IMG/VR virus record: IMGVR_UViG_3300023245_000021 | Location: 1 to 51,643 of that record | DNA: 51,643 nt | Source of the DNA: a virus | Taxonomy: Duplodnaviria > Caudoviricetes | Direction: 5' to 3' (one strand) | The notes under the pieces: model-generated | What the model was told of the DNA's origin: nothing | Seen by the model: the letters and a program-made list of their open reading frames with translations, nothing else | Database searches by the model: none | Translations under genes and position numbers: made by a program | In this document: piece after piece, positions 26,901 to 36,090 of the stretch | Position numbering within the stretch: position 1 is the stretch's first letter | How the letters are laid out: each line of letters begins with the position of its first letter

Positions 26901-28192
26901 GTGTCGTATGTCATGCTGTTGCTAGCTTCAATGCCCTTTAAGAAATCATGGTTGCCTACAAACCAAGCAGGCATCTGTGCGTCACTACCGGCTCTGTTTG
27001 CTACTGCCCATGCTTGCATTTCAGTTCTTTCTGCATTAGTGAACTCAGGATATTGATCAACAAACTTATTAGCCCATTGCTCAGCTTTTGGGACAGGTTT
27101 AAGTATTGATTCCGCTTCCATCTGCTTCAGATCAGGAACACCCGGATCATAGGGAGCTAGATTTATAGGCGCAGCGCCATCTGGGACATATTCAGGAGAC
27201 TTAAAGCCTCGCTCGCCTTCGGGGATTGGTGTAGTTCCGCCATTATCTACACCATCCGGATTTGTTTCTTCGGTTCCAGAGCCTGACGGATCTGTTTCGT
27301 CGCTACTTGCTGTAGTGCCTGTAGTGCCTCCAGTGCCTGTAGTGCCTCCAGTGCCTGTAGTGCCGTTTTCTGTTTGTGTTCCTTCTGTATCTGGATTATA
27401 TCCTCCTCCGTAGTCTTCAGCAAGTTTAGCTAACTGAGCAGGAGTAAGTCCTGTGAAACCACTACCCATCATGCTTCGTTTCGTCACATTTTGAGATTGT
27501 TGGGATTGGGGCATAGATTGTTGCTGTACTCTTTGTTCAACATTTCGTTGAGCATACGCACGATCAGTAGGCTGTACAACATAATCAGGAGAAAACTCTA
27601 CTCTTTTTCCTCCGCGACCTTCTGTAAGAACCATATTATCCGGTAAATTTTCTGGATCAACTATATTACCGTTTGGATCACGTAGTTCGTTTCCGACTGC
27701 TTGCTTTAAGCCCTGAGTAGGAGCATTTCCTAAAGCAGCAGATTGCATATTAGAAGGGACGCCGTGACTAAAGTTTAAACTTTCATTAATAGGCCCACCA
27801 GACCCTCCAGTAGAAGAGCCTCTTCTTCCGCCCGTTGAGCCTACGCGCTCAACGGGCTTAATATCTCTAGGAGTCCCTAGCTTTGGATCAGAAAAGAGCG
27901 AGGGGTTTATAGGCTTTGGAGCCGGATCAGAGATCACAGGGTTTTTAACTTTAACCTGCTTGGGCTGTGGAGCCGCTTTAACTTGCTTAATGGGTAGTTT
28001 AATTCCCCCACTTTTAGGAGGCGCAATAGGCTTAACGCTGTCGTCATATAGCTCTCTTGGCACAGGTTTAGGGACTGCTTTAAGTTGCTTAGGCTCTAGA
28101 GCCGACACAGACTTTCCGCCTCTAGCCAACTGCTTTCGCTTCAGAGCCTTCAGAGCCTTATTAATATTACGTGCATGTCTTTTATTACTCAT
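23936..28192 (-). CDS. Large Q/A/N-rich internal virion protein
   Basis: 1418 aa; long coiled-coil-like C-half with ANLS/AN repeats. Confidence 0.65.
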   Translation of the reverse strand: MSNKRHARNINKALKALKRKQLARGGKSVSALEPKQLKAVPKPVPRELYDDSVKPIAPPKSGGIKLPIKQVKAAPQPKQVKVKNPVISDPAPKPINPSLFSDPKLGTPRDIKPVERVGSTGGRRGSSTGGSGGPINESLNFSHGVPSNMQSAALGNAPTQGLKQAVGNELRDPNGNIVDPENLPDNMVLTEGRGGKRVEFSPDYVVQPTDRAYAQRNVEQRVQQQSMPQSQQSQNVTKRSMMGSGFTGLTPAQLAKLAEDYGGGYNPDTEGTQTENGTTGTGGTTGTGGTTGTTASSDETDPSGSGTEETNPDGVDNGGTTPIPEGERGFKSPEYVPDGAAPINLAPYDPGVPDLKQMEAESILKPVPKAEQWANKFVDQYPEFTNAERTEMQAWAVANRAGSDAQMPAWFVGNHDFLKGIEASNSMTYDTTAQAPEGTITGEDDIQQLGDATDATSSTVEAGALTATQGDVDQADVELGDGKAKTYKATTTSGQMADTVAAQGEVSITGVAGQGTAASVDTAQRDAEAEKAAMGVAADRPAYTDYAIAAQSDERYTVIEAKDPEVAERMAQTMSEREKRDLLDIVSKEGVVLEDIPEFKLAKERVAQVGEAKSRKASEIGSVPPIDMQERQGITGEVSKGDASQIGGVPTAAAAKMDAVTGEARKTAAADMLAVVANVPKEVSAALVEDPATVIAQIDSGADPVVVAAVAALPLEALVSTQMEGLLAGMEDGNTPAWARPAIAAMEAKMAQRGLSTSTVGRDALFNAIIQSALPIAQSNAQALQTRAQQNLSNQQQANLGTAQNTMQIRLQNLANEQTSASQTADMAQQIKVQKGTFDQQAVMTTAQQKQETDLTNAQMAQQRSQQESSQRQQAAISTLGAEVQSDLANLQAMNAAGSQNMTAEQQSKLAGYNAQVSRIMRQAELDQDMTKANLSNELQLEMKNLTEANATDRESMSAVNQGRLADLNVLVDFKKTNANLSQQMDLANLNNDQQMELANLSERAATDGANMTEANRMKLQELTIYTSMMAKNEDLRQNAEMAQLSASEKVQLANLTFENQADSESMSAENTAQLQVYEKKMQAGQVNAQLAQAMGLANLSNEQSAAMFNAQINANFDMSKMSNEQQMEMANSKFMQTMTATQFSADQQSAVQNATLLTQTDLANADARTRVSVENAKNFLTMDMANLSNAQQGIVMDQQMAQQSLLSDQAAQNAAKQFGATSQNQLDSFLISQSNNMKQFNTSARNAMESFNVTETNRAAAIEAGNMLQADTFTAQLEADINKFNASIDNQRDTWNAANAQAIEQSNVSWRRQANTADTAAANASNQQNVQNAYNISALDQTQLWQQLRDEAAYVRQSFENNEQREAQLIATAIGNESATSSKDTSTTTSALINILKSYGYSGTSTTTPSGPGPWGQ
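27311..27365 (-). repeat. 9-bp tandem repeat encoding GTT/GTG linker
   Basis: (TGT/TCC)AGTGCC about 6 times on + strand. Confidence 0.85.
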
Positions 28193-28362
28193 TTTTTAGT
28201 CTGCCTCTTAGCAATAAGCTTCTGAATGGTTTCTGATTCAAATATACGGATGCCTAACCACACAATCGTAAACAACGAAGCAATAGGCGGAAGCCAACTC
28301 ATTAGTGCAAGAATCCCGGTACTTGCGGCGGCTATGTCTACTACGTCTTTGGTTTCGTTCAT
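28189..28362 (-). CDS. 57-aa membrane protein, holin-like (not in track)
   Basis: MNETKDVVDIAAAS...WLPPIASLFTIVWLGIRIFE; AAAGGAG SD. Confidence 0.7.
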   Translation of the reverse strand: MNETKDVVDIAAASTGILALMSWLPPIASLFTIVWLGIRIFESETIQKLIAKRQTKK

Positions 28363-28385
28363 GATGCTAAGCTCTCCTTTTTTAG

Positions 28386-28580
28386 TTATTTAGCGTTTAA
28401 GGGCACAGTAGTGACTGATCTAAGCACCACAATACATACTGCAATACCTATTCCGATGAGTGCTTGTGAGCCTTGACTAACAGGCAATAAACCAGTGTAC
28501 CCTTGAGCCATGCTTAAAACAGTCAACGCAATGCTAAATTGTATCGTCCTAGACTTGAGGCTCTGTAGTATTAAGTCCAT
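28386..28580 (-). CDS. Two-TM membrane protein, holin-like
   Basis: LKSRTI...VVLRSVTTVP; hydrophobic. Confidence 0.65.
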   Translation of the reverse strand: MDLILQSLKSRTIQFSIALTVLSMAQGYTGLLPVSQGSQALIGIGIAVCIVVLRSVTTVPLNAK

Positions 28581-28816
28581 TATGATATGTACTCATTGCC
28601 AGAGCTAATGGCGGCACTAACCGCAGTCATGTCTTCATCGCCCCAATCGTCTTTAGCAACCATAAGCTCTAGGTGCTGAACATTACGCTCAACTGTTCCT
28701 TGGCTATCTTCATCAGCTTCTGCGGCGATAGTGGCTGTGATAAGTACTACACTATCACCCATTGCTGAGTAGTCTTGTGCTAGTTGTTCTGCTTTACGAT
28801 CTTCTACTTGTGACAT
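28580..28816 (-). CDS. Small acidic protein downstream of tail fibre
   Basis: RNVxHLELMVAK.DW motif; position suggests a fibre accessory protein. Confidence 0.7.
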   Translation of the reverse strand: MSQVEDRKAEQLAQDYSAMGDSVVLITATIAAEADEDSQGTVERNVQHLELMVAKDDWGDEDMTAVSAAISSGNEYIS

Positions 28817-28817
28817 A

Positions 28818-31800
28818 TTATGCCTCCAGTGCTTCGAGTCTTGCGGTTAAGTTTGTGATAATGTCGGCTTGTGCTATTGCTTGATCAGACAAGTCCTGTA
28901 TGGCTTTAACCAAGATTGGTATTAGTGCGGCCTCTGCTACTTCCTGAGAACCATCTTCTCTTTCGTCCCAAAGTTTAAAGCCATCCTTCAAGCCGCTATC
29001 AGCATCAATAGCCTCCTTGGTGTGCTGAGCAATAAGGCCGTGGTTAGTTTGAGTGTTCTTAAAGACTTCAGTAGAACCTTCTTCATAGGCGCTAAAGGTT
29101 TCTGGGAGTTCGCCGAGAGTCTTGTAGTTCCAAGTTACTGATCGCAATGAGTTGATGAAGGAAAGCCCTGTTGTGCAGTCTTCAATATCCTTCTTGTATC
29201 GCTCATCTGACACTGTCGCCCAAGTTGCTACGCCGTGTTGCGCTCTTATGTCGGTAGTCTGCTGGCCAATTGTTGTGTAACCTGCCTCCCCTGAAACGTC
29301 ATAGCCTATAGCTATAGCAAACTGAGCACTAGCGGCAGTTACATCCGCGTATGCACCTATAAGAACATTATAATTGCCAGTAGTAAGACTAGGACTGTGA
29401 TCACCTGCTGATTCACCAATTATGACGTTACGAATACCTGTTGTGAGTGCTCCTCCGGAATTATTACCTACTGCTACGTTGTTAGCACCCGAGGTACAAG
29501 CGTCTAACGATTGACCCCCCAAAGCAATATTAGACGACCCTGTGGTACAGGCTGTCAAAGCTCTAAAGCCAAAAGCGTGGTTTCCATTAGAGGTAGTGTT
29601 GTTGGCTAAAGCCTCATAGCCAACTGCGGTAGCATTAGCGGCTGTGGTAGAGTCCTCCATGGCTAGATAGCCTACTGCAACATTACCTGAAGCAGTTGTA
29701 TTAGCCTTTAAGGAATTATGACCTAAAGCAGTGTTGTTACTGGCTGAGTTGTTGTTTAAAGCATCTCGACCCATCGCTACGTTATTAGCGCCTGTAGTAA
29801 CAGAAGCCAAGGCGTTTGTACCAAAGGCGTTATTATCGCTACCTGTTGTGTTACTAATTAAAGAGTTAAAACCAAAAGATGAGTTAAAATTGGCGGTTGT
29901 GTTGGTACCTAAAGAACCATAGCCAGTCGCTGTATTGCCTTGACCTGTTGTGTTGGCGTCTAGTGCCCACGAACCCACCGCAGTGTTATTCCCCCCTGTC
30001 GTTGTGCCTCCTAGAGCCGAGCGCCCTACTGCTACGTTATAATCTGCTGTTGTGTTGGCCGCTAAAGAGCTAGTACCTACAGAAGTATTGTTATGTCCCT
30101 CAGTATTACTAAGCAGGGCGTCTTGCCCGACTGCTACGTTAGAGCTTGCTGTTGTGTTGGCCGTTAAAGCCTGACGCCCTAGTGCGACGTTGCCCGCGCC
30201 AGTGGTATTAGCACCAAGCGAAGCATAGCCTACAGCAGTGTTGTTGTCTGCCGTTGTGTTGGCGTCTAGTGCGCTTGTTCCTACAGCAGTGTTATTACCG
30301 CCTGTGGTGTTCGACAGTAAGGCGTTTGTACCGGAGGCGGTGTTGTTATCGCCTGTTTCGTTTAAAGATAAAGCTCCTCGCCCTAGAGCCGCATTACTAA
30401 AACCTTCAGTATTGGCGCTTAAAGAAAGGTAGCCTACAGCGGTGTTGTTATTAGCTGTTGTGTTGGCGTCTAGTGCTAGGCCACCTACGGCAGTGTTTGA
30501 TACGCCAGTTGTGTTAGCGGCTAAAGTGTTATAGCCAACTGCTGTGTTGTTATCTGCTGTTGTGTTTCCTATTAAAGCCTGAGTTCCTACAGCAACGTTG
30601 GCCGCCCCAGTAGTGTTAACTCGTAGCGCAAAGCCGCCTATGGCTGTGTTATTACTTGCGGTGGTTGCGGCGGTTGCGGCTTCATGCCCTAATGCGGTGT
30701 TATAACTTCCTGTAGTGTTTGCGTCTAAAGAAAGAGCGCCTAAAGCCACGTTCGCTGTGCCTGTAGTATTAGCACCTAAAGAAGCATACCCCACAGCAGT
30801 GTTGTTGCTTGCTGTTGTGTTAGCGTCTAGTGCTAGTGCGCCTATGGTAGTGTTGTTTGTGCCTGTGGTTATTTGTGATCCGGCTCCATAACCCACAGCT
30901 GTATTGTAAGTTGTTGTAGCTGAAGTAAAATTTTGGTTCAGTAAAGCACTTGGCCCTATTGCGGTGCTTCCTGTTCCCTGTGTATCTGATAAAAGAGCGC
31001 GATAACCTAAAGCAACATTATAATCACCCGTAGTAATAGCAGTACCTGCCTCATCACCCACGACAGTATTATAATTACCACCCGCGATGATGGAGTTACC
31101 TGCGTTTACGCCTAGTCTTAGGTTTGAGGTTCCTGAAGTTGTAGATGAGTAGTCTCCTGTTACTGCTAGACCGCCAGTGCCTGATAACGCTAAAGATTCT
31201 GCACTAGCATCCCAGAAAAACTTGGCTGTGGTGCCTGTATCTTCGTACAGAGACAGATCATTATTGTTAGCAAAGTTAGCTAAGGTTTTTGTTGATGAAC
31301 CATCATCGCTTGAAAGAAGCCGCACCGACCCACTGGCTGAACCTGTTGTTACAGTAGAAGTTAAAGTTAAAGCTCCGCCAGACTGGTTAATAGTTCCATA
31401 CTGAGCGCTTTTTAAGCTCACTGACCTAGACACCCTAAGACCCACGAATTGGTCATTAAGTTCTGCATCTGTGGGTACAATGTGCGCGTATGCGGCAGGG
31501 GAGGCGGTGCCTATACCGATATTACCATCTGACCCTTGAACAAACAGCGCATGAGTATTCGTATTAGACTCAACACGGAAGTCTACATCAGCACCAGACT
31601 CGTTAAAGACCGCCCCGCCGTCTTGAGTCAACGCGCCATCTATATCCACAACATCCAAGTTAGTAACGCCATCTACGTCAATGTCTCCAGAGATGTCTAA
31701 GGAAGCGCCTGTTAGGACTCCAGTAACGCCTAGAGTGCCTGCTATGCTTACCCCCGAAGGCGTGATAGTCATGTCTGGCGTTATGTTGCTTTGATGGTCT

Positions 31801-33470
31801 GCATTAAAACTTAGTGAGTTATTAGCGACGGAGCCGTCTGCCCCTGCATCAAAATAAATAGCCCCTTTATTTCCAGCACCACCATTATCCGCAATAGCTC
31901 CTAAATAGATTGCTACTGGTTCTCCAGTTGCGGTGTTATTAAACGTAGCCAATGCAGCATTGGCCGCATGAGTAAGTGAGCTACTAAAGCTAGAGTTGGC
32001 ATTAGAAGCAAAACCACCATTAAACACAGTAGCCGCTGTAGTGGTCAAAACCCCTGTAACCAGTGCAGTGCTAGCCATATCCACAGCGCCATCTATATCC
32101 ACAACGTCCAGATTAGTGGTGCCATCTACGTCTATGTCGCCTGAGATGTCTAGAGAAGCCGCGATTATTTCCCCACTAACATCTACAGCACCGTTAATAT
32201 CAACGGTTGTAGCAACAATCTGAATCTCGGTATCGGCAACAATGTCTAGCTGACCGTCGGCGCTAGAGTTTATGTATATCGCGGCATCTCTGAACTGAAC
32301 CTTGTCGGTAGTAGTAAGCTCTACGTTTGTGCCGCCAGAGGTGTTACCAATAGCAAGTATCTCAGCTAGTGTGTCAGTAGTATCTACCTGTGCATCGACA
32401 TAGGCTTTAATACTTTGCTGAGTGGCTAGGGCTGTAGCGCTATCAGACACAAGATCATCTTCGTCAAGAATGTTTGTGACACTTACAGCGCCTGTGCCTG
32501 ACAGGTTATCAAACTCTACGGTTGTCGCGTCTACGGTGCCAGTGGCGGTTAAGTTTCGTATCCCGGTATAGTCTTTGTTGGCGTCTAGTATTACGGCCTT
32601 TGAAGCCACCGCAGTTCCAACGGCTGTTGCGCCTAAATCCAGAGCGTTCAATTCGCCGACTACAGCAGTTATACCATCCAGTGCATTTATTTCAGCCGCG
32701 GTGGACGTAACACCATCAAGGATGTTTAGCTCTGCGGTTGTAGAGGTCACACCGTCTAAAAGGTTTATTTCAGCCGAATCAGCCGTAACACCGTCTAGGA
32801 TGTTTAGCTCTGCGGTTGTAGAGGTTACGCCGTCTAGAAGATTCAGTTCAGTGAAAGTAGACGTAACACCATCTAAGATATTGAGTTCAGCAGTTGTAGA
32901 AGTTACTCCGTCTAAAAGATTCAATTCTGCCGCAGTACTTGTAACAACAACACTAGCAATAGATAGAGCATCAGTTTCTAAAGTTCCATCAACGTCAACG
33001 TCTCCAGAGATGTCTAAAGATGTTGCAGTCAAGACACCTGTGACACCCAAAGTCCCTGCCACAGTTGCATTGGCATCTACATCCAAGGTATCTACGTGGA
33101 TTGTGCCGTCAAAGAAGCCGTCTTTAAACTCTAAAGAGGCTGTACCCAAGTCAATATCATTAGTAGTTACAGGAACAATAGCACCATCTTGGATGCGAAT
33201 TTGTTCTACGGCACTTCCGCCTACTTCTACAAAAACCCCAAAGCGATTATTAGTCCCGTCAACCACTAGCTTATTTAAAAAATCTTGGTCGCCGATGATC
33301 TCAATGTTTCCGCCCTCGCCAGCACCCCCATCATGTTGGTGTCCTGTCGTTCCTGTAGCAGAATACGAAAACGCGGTGACTAGTTGATTATATTCAGCGT
33401 TAAAGAGCAGCGCAGTAATCGTATCGCCATCAGTAAGTGTACTTTGTCGTGTGTAGCTTGTTCCTGCCAT
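28818..33470 (-). CDS. Tail fibre with 14-aa repeats and C-terminal S74-type intramolecular chaperone
   Basis: TAELNILDGVT repeats; NTAVG..AL.ANTT repeats; VSDERYKKDI; GLIAQ. Confidence 0.9.
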   Translation of the reverse strand: MAGTSYTRQSTLTDGDTITALLFNAEYNQLVTAFSYSATGTTGHQHDGGAGEGGNIEIIGDQDFLNKLVVDGTNNRFGVFVEVGGSAVEQIRIQDGAIVPVTTNDIDLGTASLEFKDGFFDGTIHVDTLDVDANATVAGTLGVTGVLTATSLDISGDVDVDGTLETDALSIASVVVTSTAAELNLLDGVTSTTAELNILDGVTSTFTELNLLDGVTSTTAELNILDGVTADSAEINLLDGVTSTTAELNILDGVTSTAAEINALDGITAVVGELNALDLGATAVGTAVASKAVILDANKDYTGIRNLTATGTVDATTVEFDNLSGTGAVSVTNILDEDDLVSDSATALATQQSIKAYVDAQVDTTDTLAEILAIGNTSGGTNVELTTTDKVQFRDAAIYINSSADGQLDIVADTEIQIVATTVDINGAVDVSGEIIAASLDISGDIDVDGTTNLDVVDIDGAVDMASTALVTGVLTTTAATVFNGGFASNANSSFSSSLTHAANAALATFNNTATGEPVAIYLGAIADNGGAGNKGAIYFDAGADGSVANNSLSFNADHQSNITPDMTITPSGVSIAGTLGVTGVLTGASLDISGDIDVDGVTNLDVVDIDGALTQDGGAVFNESGADVDFRVESNTNTHALFVQGSDGNIGIGTASPAAYAHIVPTDAELNDQFVGLRVSRSVSLKSAQYGTINQSGGALTLTSTVTTGSASGSVRLLSSDDGSSTKTLANFANNNDLSLYEDTGTTAKFFWDASAESLALSGTGGLAVTGDYSSTTSGTSNLRLGVNAGNSIIAGGNYNTVVGDEAGTAITTGDYNVALGYRALLSDTQGTGSTAIGPSALLNQNFTSATTTYNTAVGYGAGSQITTGTNNTTIGALALDANTTASNNTAVGYASLGANTTGTANVALGALSLDANTTGSYNTALGHEAATAATTASNNTAIGGFALRVNTTGAANVAVGTQALIGNTTADNNTAVGYNTLAANTTGVSNTAVGGLALDANTTANNNTAVGYLSLSANTEGFSNAALGRGALSLNETGDNNTASGTNALLSNTTGGNNTAVGTSALDANTTADNNTAVGYASLGANTTGAGNVALGRQALTANTTASSNVAVGQDALLSNTEGHNNTSVGTSSLAANTTADYNVAVGRSALGGTTTGGNNTAVGSWALDANTTGQGNTATGYGSLGTNTTANFNSSFGFNSLISNTTGSDNNAFGTNALASVTTGANNVAMGRDALNNNSASNNTALGHNSLKANTTASGNVAVGYLAMEDSTTAANATAVGYEALANNTTSNGNHAFGFRALTACTTGSSNIALGGQSLDACTSGANNVAVGNNSGGALTTGIRNVIIGESAGDHSPSLTTGNYNVLIGAYADVTAASAQFAIAIGYDVSGEAGYTTIGQQTTDIRAQHGVATWATVSDERYKKDIEDCTTGLSFINSLRSVTWNYKTLGELPETFSAYEEGSTEVFKNTQTNHGLIAQHTKEAIDADSGLKDGFKLWDEREDGSQEVAEAALIPILVKAIQDLSDQAIAQADIITNLTARLEALEA

Positions 33471-33476
33471 TTTGGG

Positions 33477-35081
33477 TTATCTCCTACCGGATGGGACATA
33501 ATTTATGTATATACCATTAATGGCATACGGGGGTTTTTGATCCGAGCTTTTAATTTGAAAATTACAAACAAAGCCGCTTCCTTCTATTGCTTGGCGTAAC
33601 ATCGGGTCAGTGCTCGCACCCAATACAGCGGTGCCAAAAAGCGCGCTTCCAAAAAGAGCCGGCGTTGGTACATTATCAAGCACATACTCTGCGGGCTGCG
33701 GTATATTTGTGTCTTCGTAGTCGTAGCGTATTCGCATTGTAGGGCTTACTGAACCCTCCGGGGTAAAAGAGAGTTTGACGTACTGCATAGTCTTTCGGGT
33801 TCCGACGTCGCCAAAATCATAATGAGGTGTTTGATATCGCGCCGTAATATCTAAAGCAGTGCCGCCAAAATAAAAGCTGTTGCCGCTATTGTGGTTATAA
33901 ACATAGCCTTGGTTGTCGCCGTGATAAAGCTTTTCAACACCTGTATACGAAAACCCCGAAGTAAAGCCCGTGGCTTGGATGCCTATTGTTTCTGACCACT
34001 CAAAGCCGTTGGCCGTCAAGGTGCCTATAATGCCTTTTGCGGCTGCTGTTGAGCCACCATCTGTATTATAGAACAGCCTGTATTGAGATTTGCTTCTTAA
34101 AACAGCACTAGTGATTGTAAAAGAATTAATCGACCTAGCAATAGCTGATATAATAGATTGTATTTGTCGGCTGACGGAGCCTAGCTCAACGTCGCCAATC
34201 CGTGATGTTCCTGCCACCGAGCGTATGCCATCAGGACTAAGGAAAACTAAATCTCCGCCAATCTCTTGGATGCTGTGTGAGCTTAAGCAGCCTACGTTCT
34301 GCGTAACTGGGACTATTGCAATGTTCGTAGCATCATTTATGTTCACAAGCTTATGAATACTGTTTCTGCAAAATATAATTAGATCGTCTCTAAAGCTCCT
34401 TAAACCCACTATCTGATCGGGTAATAAAATGCTGCCTGACCCAGAGCTTGAAAAACTCTCGGGGTCAAGAAGGCCGCTAAAATAAACTGTATTTTTAGCC
34501 GATGGAGCCCCTGCAACTACTAAGTGACTATCGTGAATAACACAGACTGTCGGAGCTACAGTGCCGCTGACCGTTATTTCCTCAGCAAAGAATGTACGGG
34601 TTGTTAAACCGCCCGTCCCTGTCATGTAGAAAAGAAAAGGCTTATTAACGCCGTCTGTAATGATCAGCTTGCCGTAATCTGTGTTGCCTTCAAAGATTGC
34701 GAAGGTTGTTTGTTCTTGAGCGGTTCGCGCATCCATGCTACGGCCTGTAAAGGCTGTGTGATCATCGCCGCCGCCAGCCACGCTTGCTCTGTTAATTTGG
34801 AGCCATGTGTCTTCGCCGTCTTGGCTAAAGAAAATCCCGTCGTCTGAACACACTACTAAGCCGTCTGCATAAACAAACATGCCTAGCACTTCATTAGCAC
34901 CATTAGGCCGCGTGTCTCCAAAGGCTGTGTAGCCATTGATGCGCCTATAGCCCCCGTCAGGATCAACTTCAAAGTTTACTAACTTCGTAGCTAAGCCGGG
35001 CTGTGCGAGCATCTCTAGTTGGTTGAGGTTAGTATTTAAACCACCTTTACATGAGACACCAAAAGGTTGCGATGCGGCCAT
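33477..35081 (-). CDS. Tail nozzle / stabilisation protein (tubular protein B-like)
   Basis: Beta-rich; VGC...SIQEIGGDLVFLSPDG; position. Confidence 0.75.
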   Translation of the reverse strand: MAASQPFGVSCKGGLNTNLNQLEMLAQPGLATKLVNFEVDPDGGYRRINGYTAFGDTRPNGANEVLGMFVYADGLVVCSDDGIFFSQDGEDTWLQINRASVAGGGDDHTAFTGRSMDARTAQEQTTFAIFEGNTDYGKLIITDGVNKPFLFYMTGTGGLTTRTFFAEEITVSGTVAPTVCVIHDSHLVVAGAPSAKNTVYFSGLLDPESFSSSGSGSILLPDQIVGLRSFRDDLIIFCRNSIHKLVNINDATNIAIVPVTQNVGCLSSHSIQEIGGDLVFLSPDGIRSVAGTSRIGDVELGSVSRQIQSIISAIARSINSFTITSAVLRSKSQYRLFYNTDGGSTAAAKGIIGTLTANGFEWSETIGIQATGFTSGFSYTGVEKLYHGDNQGYVYNHNSGNSFYFGGTALDITARYQTPHYDFGDVGTRKTMQYVKLSFTPEGSVSPTMRIRYDYEDTNIPQPAEYVLDNVPTPALFGSALFGTAVLGASTDPMLRQAIEGSGFVCNFQIKSSDQKPPYAINGIYINYVPSGRR

Positions 35082-35082
35082 A

Positions 35083-35853
35083 TTATACGAATCTCATTCT
35101 GTCATCTTTAATGTAGGTGGGTGCAGGTTCAATAAGATTTGAACGCATACTCCGTAGACCTTTCTTAAAGTCGTCTAGGGCGAAAGCGGCTGCTTGCGGG
35201 TTGTCTTTAAACTGCCAGATATAATATCGGGCCTTAGCTAGCAACACAGCCGAGTACATCTCCGGGAAGACTACTTCGTCTGTGGCGCTTGACAGCTTTG
35301 TCGGAAGGCTCCACGCATAGAACCAAATGCGATAAACCTTGTCGGGTATAGGGCTGAGTCCAAACTTGCGCGAGTCCGGGCTCCGGATAACAGCAGAGGG
35401 AATTGCATACTGTTGCGTGTCTGCGTCGTCTAAGTTCTCGGAGATTCTGCGAAAGTCTTTCCACGCTTCGGTGGTCATGAATCTTAAGTTGCGGGCTTGG
35501 TAGGGGGCTACTTCGTCCGTCACGCCTACGGTTGTAAGATAGAAGTTTTCCCAATCTATAGAACCGTAGTCGGTAGTAATGCTTGAGCTTGCGGGTTTTA
35601 ATTCATAGAACCGTGTGCCGATGACTGTCTCGACGTAGGTATTACCGTACATCGGATCTGTATCACCACTCTCAGCAACAGCTAAGAAAGGCCACTTGGT
35701 TTCTTCGTTTATAATATCAAAGTATGAACGGTTAATAGCGTCTTTAACGTGTTGTTGAACACCAACAGCGTTTGAAAACGTACCATTTGTCAACGTCACT
35801 TCATTTAGCTCTCTGAGAAGTTCGTTAGTTAAATCAAGATAGGTTGTTGACAT
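35083..35853 (-). CDS. Head-tail adaptor (tubular protein A-like)
   Basis: TYLDLTNELLRELNE, LSPIPDK; position after capsid gene. Confidence 0.75.
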   Translation of the reverse strand: MSTTYLDLTNELLRELNEVTLTNGTFSNAVGVQQHVKDAINRSYFDIINEETKWPFLAVAESGDTDPMYGNTYVETVIGTRFYELKPASSSITTDYGSIDWENFYLTTVGVTDEVAPYQARNLRFMTTEAWKDFRRISENLDDADTQQYAIPSAVIRSPDSRKFGLSPIPDKVYRIWFYAWSLPTKLSSATDEVVFPEMYSAVLLAKARYYIWQFKDNPQAAAFALDDFKKGLRSMRSNLIEPAPTYIKDDRMRFV

Positions 35854-35856
35854 AGT

Positions 35857-36030
35857 TTATTGCGCCTTTGTTTCTGTTTTAGTATTGGGTTCGCTGAAGA
35901 TCGCGTCCCAGTTAGCGTCGAACTTTGCTTTGTTTTCTGGCTTGTACCAACTTCCTGTATCGCCTAGTATCTTTCCTTTTCTTTTGCCTTTAATCATTAT
36001 AGGCTTTTTGTCGCTTCCTAATATTGCCAT
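35857..36030 (-). CDS. 57-aa protein with KFDANWDAIF motif (not in track)
   Basis: Hand-translated; AAGGAAG SD. Confidence 0.7.
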   Translation of the reverse strand: MAILGSDKKPIMIKGKRKGKILGDTGSWYKPENKAKFDANWDAIFSEPNTKTETKAQ

Positions 36031-36052
36031 GCTCACTTCCTTCTTAAAGATT

Positions 36053-36073
36053 GAGGGGCTTTTTACACCCCTC
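36053..36073 (-). terminator. Hairpin after capsid gene (weak terminator or stabiliser)
   Basis: GAGGGG/CCCCTC stem; poor U-tract. Confidence 0.45.
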
Positions 36074-36090
36074 TCTCTAATTACTTAACT

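Noticed and set aside
32575-33387. 270-aa + strand ORF and other antisense ORFs in the late region
   Set aside because: Shadow ORFs opposite long repetitive genes; no RBS and mirror-image composition
28818-33470. Diversity-generating retroelement targeting the tail fibre
   Set aside because: No reverse transcriptase and no TR/VR pair with adenine-specific differences seen; the repeats are in-frame protein repeats
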